This document shows, piece after piece, positions 33,279 to 42,072 of a DNA stretch of 64,000 bases. Source of the stretch: Chloroflexota bacterium (GTDB taxonomy: Bacteria > Chloroflexota > Anaerolineae > JAAEKA01); the NCBI GenBank assembly GCA_029558955.1, contig JAKQCW010000124.1, positions 598-64,597 on the forward strand, read 5' to 3'. Made by a program: the position numbers and the translations under genes. The notes under the pieces were generated by a model. The model worked only from the letters and a program-made list of their open reading frames with translations, made no database searches and was not told the origin of the DNA. The number at the start of each line of letters is the position of its first letter. Position 1 is the first letter of the stretch.

Positions 33279-34736
33279 CTAGTGGCAGGTGTAGAGGGCG
33301 AGGTTGGGAGTGGGGGTGCTTTGCAGGGTGCAGTTGGCCTCGACAATGCTCCGCAGGCGGGCGTGCCAGGGGAGGGGCTCGCTGTCATCTACTACTACCA
33401 CAGGCGCGATGTGCTGGGTGATCAAGTCGGCCAGCTCGGCCTCGCGCGCGGGGCTGTGATTGACCGGATACAGGTAGATCCACCGGGTCGCGGGCGGCCG
33501 GTCGCTGAGAAAATAGACCTGCGGCGCGGCGGTGATGGCCAGAATCGGCAGGCCGGGCTGGCTCAGGGCCTGGACGGCCGCAGCCACGACCTGCTGCCGC
33601 TCAACCAGACGCTGTGTATGGGCCAGATAGCGCGGCCAGGCGGGCAGGTCGATCAGGGCCAGCGCCAGCAGGCCGGCCACAGCCAGCGCCCGCCAGGGCC
33701 AGGGCCGGCAGGATAGCCATTGCCAGAGCGCCGCCAGGCCGGCCGCTGCCAACGCGGCTGCCGGCGGCAGCGCTTGCAGCACGTAGTGGCCGTAGAAGCG
33801 GTGCAGCAGCGGCAGCAGACCGGCCAGCAGCATCAGCCAGAGCAGGGTGGCCCGCTGGCCGGCTGCGCTCCGTCGTAGGCTGGGGGGAGCGAAGATCAGC
33901 GCCGGCAGCAGGCCTAGCCACAGCAGCGGGAAGGAGCGCAGGTTGATCAGGTTGCCTGACAGCAGCGCGGCAAAGGATGCCCGCGGGTACTGGCTCAGGT
34001 TGACCCAGATGGCGTCGCGCCACAGGTCAGGCAACGCGCCCTGTGTGGCGAAAAACGCGGCCGTCGCCAGCAGCGGCGCCGTGCAGCCGGCTATCAACGC
34101 CAGCCAGCGCCGGCCCACCTGGCGCCAGTCGCCCCGGATCGACGCGGCCCAGAGCGCCAGGGCGGGCAGGGCCAACAGACCGGTCTGTTTGAACAGCGCC
34201 GCGAGACCGACCAGCCATCCGGCCAGCAGCCAGTCGCCGGTCGAGGGGGGCTGGCTGGAGCGACGCAGCAACGACGCCAGCGCCGCGGCCGTGAAGAGCG
34301 CCGTCCAGGCTTCGGTGGTCAGATGGCCGCCCTGGTAGGCAGCGCCGCCATAGAGCGCCAGCAGCAGCGTCAGCGCGCCGGCCAGACGACCCCACAGCCG
34401 CCAGGCCAGCCAGCCGGTCAGTCCGGCCATGGCCATCACGGCCAACAGTTGCACCAACTGCACCGCCCGCAGCGAACGCCCGGACAGCGCCAGCGCGGCG
34501 GCAAAGGTGTAGTAGATGCCGGGCGTCTTGTGGTCGAAGAGGTCGCGGTAGGGCAGGCGACCGGCCAGGATCGCATCGGCCATGGTCAGGTAGGCCCCGG
34601 CGTCGTTGCTCACCGGCGTGGCTGCCGTCGATGCCGCCAACAGCAGCAGCACCGCCGCCAGCGCCAGCCCAAAAGAGAGCCAAACGACGCCGCGATAGAT
34701 CAACGTCAGCCGTCCGGGGTGCTGGTCAATGGTCAA
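33279..34736 (-). CDS. Integral-membrane glycosyltransferase of the ArnT/PMT (GT39/GT83) family.
   Basis: AYLTMADAILAGRLPYRDLFDHKTPGIYY loop-1 motif followed by many transmembrane helices. The start is uncertain (TTG at 34736 proposed). The 5' half of ORF 33279..35723 is rejected. Confidence 0.65.
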   Translation of the reverse strand: MTIDQHPGRLTLIYRGVVWLSFGLALAAVLLLLAASTAATPVSNDAGAYLTMADAILAGRLPYRDLFDHKTPGIYYTFAAALALSGRSLRAVQLVQLLAVMAMAGLTGWLAWRLWGRLAGALTLLLALYGGAAYQGGHLTTEAWTALFTAAALASLLRRSSQPPSTGDWLLAGWLVGLAALFKQTGLLALPALALWAASIRGDWRQVGRRWLALIAGCTAPLLATAAFFATQGALPDLWRDAIWVNLSQYPRASFAALLSGNLINLRSFPLLWLGLLPALIFAPPSLRRSAAGQRATLLWLMLLAGLLPLLHRFYGHYVLQALPPAAALAAAGLAALWQWLSCRPWPWRALAVAGLLALALIDLPAWPRYLAHTQRLVERQQVVAAAVQALSQPGLPILAITAAPQVYFLSDRPPATRWIYLYPVNHSPAREAELADLITQHIAPVVVVDDSEPLPWHARLRSIVEANCTLQSTPTPNLALYTCH

Positions 34737-34738
34737 TG

Positions 34739-34830
34739 CTGCACCGTGGGTCGAGTAGCCGGCTGCGGCGTATCGAGACCCGTCTGCACCGTGGGTCGAG
34801 TAGCCGGCTGCGGCGTATCGAGACCTCCGG
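34739..34830. repeat. Two tandem 46-bp copies (ctgcaccgtgggtcgagtagccggctgcggcgtatcgagacc).
   Basis: Read from the sequence, immediately upstream of the glycosyltransferase. Confidence 0.85.
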
Positions 34831-34994
34831 AGGGTTTCGATACGCTGGCCTCTGCTGACCTCATGCGAGTCGGCGCACCTCAACCCGCTACTTAACCCGC
34901 GTCGTTCCGTTGGTCGCATGCATCCTCGATGGTTGATTGACCCGCTCAGCATGCCAGGATAGGGCGCTTGTAGTTGGCAAAAATGGAGTATGCC

Positions 34995-36359
34995 ATGAAA
35001 CGCATTAGCGCGTTGTTGATCATCGCAGTACTGGCGCTTGCCGCCTGCACTCCGCCGGCCGCGCCGCTGCTGCAGGAGACTCCCGCGCTGGCCACGGCCG
35101 AGCCCACCGCTGAACCAACCGCCACGACCGCTCCTCCCGCGCCCGGGACGCTGGTGGTCGATCCGGCGATTGACCTCGGCCCCATCAGCCCCTATGTCTA
35201 CGGAACCAACTACGGGCCGATGCTGGCGGTGCCCATGGAGATGATGCCGGATGTCCTCGATTCCCGCTTTACTGCGCTGCGCTGGCCCGGCGGGGACTGG
35301 ACCGACACGGTAGCCATGCAACCCTTCCAGCTCGACCAGTTCGTCTGGTTCTACACCCAGTTGGGCGCGCTGCCCACCGTCAGCGTGCGGCTGTTCGGCG
35401 GCCAGCCGGAGGTCGCAGCCGAGATGGTGCGCTATGCCAACATCGAGCAGGACTATGGCATCGAGTACTGGAGCATCGGCAACGAGCCGACGCTGTACGA
35501 GGAGCAGCACGGCGAGCCCTACGACACCGAGCGCTTCAACCGCGAGTGGCGCGCCATCGCCGAGGCCATGAAGGCGGTCGATCCCAGCATCAAGCTGCTG
35601 GGGCCGGAGCTGCACCAGTGGAACAGCGATCTGGACACCACGCCCAAAGACTCGGCCGGCCGCGACTGGATGACCGAATTCCTCCAGGCCAACGGCGATC
35701 TGGTGGACGTGGTGACCGTGCATCGCTATCCCATGTACGAGGTCAGGGGCGATCCGGTGACCTTCGACCAGTTGCGGGCCAACACCGAGGTCTGGGACGA
35801 CGAGATCGCCTATCTGCGCCAGTTGATCCGGGAACAGACCGGCCGCGAGCTGCCCATCGCCATCACCGAGATCAACTCGTCGCCCACCAGCGTCTTTGGC
35901 CAGCCGGCCAGTCCCGATTCCTTCTTCAACGCGATCTGGTATGCCGACGTGCTGGGCCGGCTGATCACTGAGGACCTGTTCCTGGTCAATCTGTGGAATA
36001 TCTCACAGCGCGGCGGCGGGCTGGGGCTGATCAGCGGCTTCACCATTCGTCCGACGCTCTACACCTTCCAGATGTATAAGCACTTCGGCGATCAGCAGGT
36101 CTACGCGGCGTCCGGTGTACCGGGTGTGACGGTGTACGCCGCGCAGCGTGAAGATGGCGCGCTGACGGTGATGGCGGTCAACCTGAACGACGACCCGCAG
36201 ACAGTGACGCTGGAGGTCGCCGGCGTGACGCCAACCGAGGCCGAGGTGTGGCTGCTGGACGCGGAGCACAACGCCGAGAATCTGGGTGTACAGCCGTGGC
36301 CGGCTGACGGCGCGGTCACGCTGCCGGGGCAGTCGGCGACGCTGTTTGTGATCCACTGA
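34995..36359 (+). CDS. Secreted lipoprotein glycoside hydrolase (clan GH-A-like, with RWPGG and IGNEP motifs).
   Basis: Signal peptide plus LAAC lipobox. A GGAG ribosome-binding site is present. The catalytic-region motifs resemble the GH39/GH44/GH51 type. Confidence 0.65.
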   Translation: MKRISALLIIAVLALAACTPPAAPLLQETPALATAEPTAEPTATTAPPAPGTLVVDPAIDLGPISPYVYGTNYGPMLAVPMEMMPDVLDSRFTALRWPGGDWTDTVAMQPFQLDQFVWFYTQLGALPTVSVRLFGGQPEVAAEMVRYANIEQDYGIEYWSIGNEPTLYEEQHGEPYDTERFNREWRAIAEAMKAVDPSIKLLGPELHQWNSDLDTTPKDSAGRDWMTEFLQANGDLVDVVTVHRYPMYEVRGDPVTFDQLRANTEVWDDEIAYLRQLIREQTGRELPIAITEINSSPTSVFGQPASPDSFFNAIWYADVLGRLITEDLFLVNLWNISQRGGGLGLISGFTIRPTLYTFQMYKHFGDQQVYAASGVPGVTVYAAQREDGALTVMAVNLNDDPQTVTLEVAGVTPTEAEVWLLDAEHNAENLGVQPWPADGAVTLPGQSATLFVIH

Positions 36360-36369
36360 GCCTGATGGC

Positions 36370-36591
36370 TCAGTCGCTGAGCTTGGTCAGCGCCGAACCT
36401 TTGTGCAGCGCAATGTGGGTGGTCTTGTCGCTCTTGATCTCGTATTGCGGGACGTCTGCGCTGGCGTGATGGGTGTAGCCCTTGTAGACAACGTTTTCCG
36501 TGTGAACCTTGATGATCCGGCCGCTGACCCAGCCGGCCTCTGAGTTCCAGGTGACGTGATCGCCGACCTGGAATTGTTCGTTCGTTGACAT
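36370..36591 (-). CDS. DUF2945 / HVA1-like Tudor-domain small protein (73 aa).
   Basis: FQVGDHVTWNSEAGWVSGRIIKVHTENVVYKGYTHHASADVPQYEIKSDKT matches the recalled family pattern. ATG at 36591. Confidence 0.65.
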   Translation of the reverse strand: MSTNEQFQVGDHVTWNSEAGWVSGRIIKVHTENVVYKGYTHHASADVPQYEIKSDKTTHIALHKGSALTKLSD

Positions 36592-37049
36592 TGTGCGCCT
36601 CGTGTTGTGTTCGCACCGCGTCCGGTGTGTACGTGGATTGTAGCGCGGGAAGCGTTTGGCGGAAAACGGAGCGGATGTCACGGTGTGTAGTGTGATCGGC
36701 GAGAACGGGAGTCACGTTGGAAACGTGACCTACGAGTTTTCGTTGTGCGGTGGTAAGGAGCGCTTTGCTGGTTTTTCCCCTCCATTTAGGAGTGTGAGCA
36801 TGAAAGCTAACACGACCGTCATGATCGGTTGCTAATTCATAGGGAAACCTCCAGTAGCTGATGAGATGGCTTACATAGCCTGCCTTGTGATGGTTGGCCG
36901 GTACACCGAGCGCCTCGATGCACTTTCACCATACCACGAAATCCACCGGGAATTTGTGATTGTTTGTGATCTCAGGCGGATACCCCGACAGCGTTGCCCA
37001 ATGCCTCGTAGTAGCTGCTGCTCCAACTACTAAATATCGACACACCATG

Positions 37050-38600
37050 CTAACGCCGCACGCGCGTGTCTGCATCGTGGAAGAGCAGCTCGCCATAGGG
37101 CGACTGCTGCTCGCCGCGTACGCACGCGCCGTTCACCGCAAAGATGATGCGCCGGGTTAGCAGCGGCTGCCAAATCGCTTGCTCCAGCACGGCGCGTTGC
37201 GCCTGGTTGACCAGTTGCTGGCGCAGCGTTGGATCGGCGGTCGCGCGCGCCTGGCGGATCCAGCCGGCGATGTCCCCTTGGGCATAGTTCAACAAATTGC
37301 GCGGCCCCGGCCCCAGAAAAATGCTCAGCGCAGCGTAGTCGGCCCATGCATAGTCGAAGAGCAGCAGGTCGAATTCCTGACGCTCGGCCAGCAGGCGGGA
37401 ACGGGGCGTCTCCCGCACCTGGACCGGTCCCAAGCCCACTGCCTCTAACTGCTGCTGAACCAGCGCGGCCAGGGTGCGGTACGTTGTGCTCTCTGGGATC
37501 AGCAGCGTGATTGCCTGGCGCTGGTCAAGGTCGGCCTGACTGAGCAGGCGGCGGCTCTGCTCAGGATCGAAGGCATAGCCAGCGCTGGCCACGGCTGGAT
37601 CGTAGCCCGCCGCATTCGGAGCCAGGGGAGTGTCAAGCACAGCAAAGGGACCGGTGGCGGCCAGCGCCATCTTGTCCAAAGCCATGGCGACCGCCTGCCG
37701 CGCTTGCAGGTCTTGCCAGCGCGCTTTCTGAAAATTGAAGCCCAGGTAAGTTACCCCGCCGCTGGCCGTGTAAAGACGCATCTGAGGCACGGTAGCCGCC
37801 CGATCCAGGTCTTCCTGGCTTAGGCTGAGCACGCAGCCTTCACCCGCCATCAAGGTTGCCAGCCGGTCGGCGCGCTCAGCCTCGAAGACAAAGCGCAGCT
37901 CGGGAATGTGCGGTGCGCTTCGATTGGCGAAGAGAGCCGGCGGCCAGCGATAGGCGCGGTTGCGCGAGAGCGCCAACGCCTTGTTCGGGCGATAAAGCTC
38001 GCGCCGGAACTGATAAGGCCCGGTGCAGGCGACGAAGCCCGTCGCTTCTTCGTCGGCCGCCTGGGGCGACACGATGGCCGCATACGGGTTGCTCAGCACA
38101 AAGCGCACGAACTCGTAGTCTGCCTCCGGCAAGATGAACTGAACGCTCATGCCGTCTGGCTGCGCCTCCACCTGCACCTGGCGCAAATCGCTCAGTAGCG
38201 GCGAAGCTCCCAGCCGTTGCAGGCGCTCGAAGCTGCGTTGCACGGCGGCTGCGTCCAGCGGCGCGCCATTGTGGAAGGTGATGCCCGGGCGCAACATCAC
38301 CGTCACCCCACGACCATCCTCGCTGACCCGCCACTCGTCCTGCGCCAGCAACCCGCGCACGATGCCTTGCCCATCCTCGTAGAACAGCGGCTCGCAGACG
38401 TGCCGAAAGACATCGGCCGCCACGGCGTTCGACGTGTGCTGTGGATCGTACATGCCGGGGTCGGCGCTCCACAGCACAGTCAGCGGCCGGCCACCCACAT
38501 CATCCACCTGCGCCACGAACCACAGCAGCGCGGCCAGCGTCCACAGCAGCGTTGCAGGCAAGGCCAATCTTGAGAGTGCCCCAAGCCAACGGCGTTTCAT
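37050..38600 (-). CDS. Orphan ABC-type substrate-binding protein, family 5 (peptide/oligosaccharide/nickel type).
   Basis: Signal peptide and SBP_bac_5-like layout. The ATG at 38600 overlaps the stop of the upstream regulator (ATGA). No permease or ATPase genes are adjacent. Confidence 0.8.
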   Translation of the reverse strand: MKRRWLGALSRLALPATLLWTLAALLWFVAQVDDVGGRPLTVLWSADPGMYDPQHTSNAVAADVFRHVCEPLFYEDGQGIVRGLLAQDEWRVSEDGRGVTVMLRPGITFHNGAPLDAAAVQRSFERLQRLGASPLLSDLRQVQVEAQPDGMSVQFILPEADYEFVRFVLSNPYAAIVSPQAADEEATGFVACTGPYQFRRELYRPNKALALSRNRAYRWPPALFANRSAPHIPELRFVFEAERADRLATLMAGEGCVLSLSQEDLDRAATVPQMRLYTASGGVTYLGFNFQKARWQDLQARQAVAMALDKMALAATGPFAVLDTPLAPNAAGYDPAVASAGYAFDPEQSRRLLSQADLDQRQAITLLIPESTTYRTLAALVQQQLEAVGLGPVQVRETPRSRLLAERQEFDLLLFDYAWADYAALSIFLGPGPRNLLNYAQGDIAGWIRQARATADPTLRQQLVNQAQRAVLEQAIWQPLLTRRIIFAVNGACVRGEQQSPYGELLFHDADTRVRR

Positions 38601-39448
38601 GGAGCGGCGTCCTTTTGATCCACATGCAGCGCATAGCCCAGGCCATGCATGGTGCGGAGGAGGCGCGGTGCGCGCGGGTCCAGCTCGATCTTCTGGCGCA
38701 CATTGAAGACTAATCGGCGCAACCGATCCCTTTGGTCCGGGCGCAGCCCGAGCTCGTCCACATCCTCCCCGGGCCAAACCCACTGGAAGAGCGCTTTGGC
38801 TGGCTGCGCCTCATCTGGGTGCTGCAGCAGAGCGCGCAGCAAGCGCTGCTCGGTATTGGTCAACGTGCTCTCCTGCCAAGCCGCTTCCTCGCCTGGTTGC
38901 GACGGCTCGCTGCGCTTCACCTGGATTTCCGCGCGCGTGCGGTGCATGCGCAGCGCCGGCCCCAGCGCTAGCCAGGACTCAGCCTCGCTGGTCTGCATGG
39001 CGAGGGCAGCGGGCGCCGGGGTGATCGTGGCCAACGCAGGCCGCGGCATGACCATGGCTACCACGCCGCTGACCTCGTCCGGCTGCCGAAACACCGGAAC
39101 GATCACCACGGTCTTGTCCGGTAGGATCGTGTCCAGTTGGCTGGCGCGGGCCTCGACCTCAGCCTCCCACAACGCATCGGCCAGCGCGCTCAGCGCGTCC
39201 CCGTTGGACTGCCTCCATTCATGCAGCAGCGCCTCTGCCCCGGCGTTGAGCGCAACGAACCCGCCCGCGCGATCGAAATAGATGGCCGGTTGGCTGGCCA
39301 GCGCCGGATCGACGGCTGCCAGCGCCGCGGAAAGCTTGGGGCGGCGAACCGCGAGAACCAGCAACCAGGCCAGCAAAAGCAGGCCGGTCGCCGCAACCAC
39401 CAGCACTTGCCAAAGGGGGGCATGCCAATACACGAATTGCGTCATCAT
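38597..39448 (-). CDS. Membrane-anchored one-component transcriptional regulator. It has an N-terminal single transmembrane helix and a C-terminal OmpR/PhoB-type winged-helix DNA-binding domain.
   Basis: Transmembrane helix LWQVLVVAATGLLLLAWLLVLAV. C-terminal LTNTEQRLLRALLQHP…RLRRLVFNVRQKIELDPRAPRLLRTMHGLGYAL. The ATG pair at 39448/39445 has a GGGAAGG ribosome-binding site. Confidence 0.7.
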   Translation of the reverse strand: MMTQFVYWHAPLWQVLVVAATGLLLLAWLLVLAVRRPKLSAALAAVDPALASQPAIYFDRAGGFVALNAGAEALLHEWRQSNGDALSALADALWEAEVEARASQLDTILPDKTVVIVPVFRQPDEVSGVVAMVMPRPALATITPAPAALAMQTSEAESWLALGPALRMHRTRAEIQVKRSEPSQPGEEAAWQESTLTNTEQRLLRALLQHPDEAQPAKALFQWVWPGEDVDELGLRPDQRDRLRRLVFNVRQKIELDPRAPRLLRTMHGLGYALHVDQKDAAP

Positions 39449-39582
39449 AGCCTTCCCTGTCGCGTGGTCCTGCGCTGAGCCTTGATCCAACTCCGCTACC
39501 ACTTGCACGACTGCGCCGCCCTGGCAGTTCACGGGGCACGATGGCTTCACTGCATTCATTGTATGCCAAGCGCCGGGTCGCG

Positions 39583-39646
39583 TCAAGAAGGTTCGACTCA
39601 GGACTGCCAGTCCTTCCGAGGACTGGCAGTCCTGAGTCGAACCTTC
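39583..39646. repeat. Perfect palindrome with 29-bp arms (aagaaggttcgactcaggactgccagtcc / ttccga / ggactggcagtcctgagtcgaaccttctt). It contains the family-B core aggactgNcagtcct.
   Basis: Read from the sequence. It sits at the boundary between the regulator's upstream region and a lower-GC island. Confidence 0.85.
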
Positions 39647-39834
39647 TTATCTATTCTGAACTGGCCCAACTTGCCGGCTATCGGTCTCTGGCCGGCCCTC
39701 CAACTTGGCAGCAGTTACGCCCTACGAGGTACAAAGCCCCCCCCGACTCAAGACGCAACAGGTGAACCTCGCAAATCAATCTCGTCCCGGGCTCTGTCCA
39801 AGAACGAGTTCGCTTGGGGAACCTGTTTTACCAA

Positions 39835-40296
39835 TCAACACGTATCTGAACAGAGCCAGTAGTACTCGTTCAGCCCGAAACCAGAATCGTAGAAGTGGTG
39901 CAAAGAGCGGTTACTATGCTGATGGCCATATTGACAATTCTGATAGGTCCCTCGGGCATAGGCAGTCCCTGAGCTGTATGCCCAAGATGCAGAACTGCTG
40001 CCGTAACCGTATTGGGACCAAGCTTGCCAAGTCCCGTTCGAATTGGCACAGCGGTCCTCTAGACGGGCGTCAGCAAAGATTTGTTCGATCACTCCTCGTG
40101 GTGTCTGAGCATTTGAGGAACTCCACATTTCGCGATCGTGGGGAGAGATCCAGTTGGTCGAGTGGGATCCTGACATACTGGACCCGTTCTTGTACCAAGA
40201 GCCAGAAGCTGCGAGGGCAACACCAATAGTAGCGGCAAATGCCAATCCAACTACAACCAAGATTGCTACTGGCTGGGCAATCCTGGAGATTCTCAT
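39835..40296 (-). CDS. Small secreted Ser/Gly/Tyr/Trp-rich protein with 4 Cys (hypothetical). Its codon usage and GC are markedly lower than the surroundings.
   Basis: Signal peptide MRISRIAQPVAILVVVGLAFAATIGVALAAS. The gene is visibly AT-richer (many att, aat, tct codons). Confidence 0.55.
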   Translation of the reverse strand: MRISRIAQPVAILVVVGLAFAATIGVALAASGSWYKNGSSMSGSHSTNWISPHDREMWSSSNAQTPRGVIEQIFADARLEDRCANSNGTWQAWSQYGYGSSSASWAYSSGTAYARGTYQNCQYGHQHSNRSLHHFYDSGFGLNEYYWLCSDTC

Positions 40297-40341
40297 AATC
40301 TTACATCGCTTTCTAGCATGACTGAAGCGTGTCTCGTGGCG

Positions 40342-41676
<1,335 letters not shown>

Positions 41677-42072
41677 GCTGGCGCCTCCTTCAATCTTCCA
41701 TCAGCGAACTCCTCGCGGACACACCCATTGTACCACAAGACCGCCTCAGATTTCATGAGACTTTGTGATTTATCATGATCGTTTGTGATTTTAGGGCAGC
41801 TACCCTAACGGAATTACGCGATGTACAGGATACTTTTCGCCAAGACTGCATGATATGGGCCTCCTGTTGACCCATGGCCAAGCGATCCACGGTATCAAGG
41901 GGCCAAGAACCTCAACTTGCCTGCGACTGAACTGGCGCAAAACCCAAACCGGGGTATCATGGGATCAATCGTTCGCAGATAACGAGACGTCCGACGCTTG
42001 TCTGATGAGTTGCCCGTAATGGTTCGATCGGGTCAGGCGTCAGGCGTCAGGCGCCTCAACAACTTCACCACG

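Noticed and set aside
31416-33716. Plus-strand ORFs 31416..32684, 32659..33282 and 32811..33716, opposite the aldehyde dehydrogenase.
   Set aside because: The aldehyde dehydrogenase frame is an unmistakable EutE-like sequence. The antisense ORFs are Arg/Ala-rich artefacts.
33279-35723. Full 814-aa extent of ORF 33279..35723 as one gene.
   Set aside because: The N-terminal ~330 aa (coordinates 34740-35723) is low-complexity antisense-type sequence. It runs through tandem repeats and overlaps the lipoprotein GH gene start region. Only the C-terminal ~485 aa has ArnT/PMT motifs and transmembrane helices.
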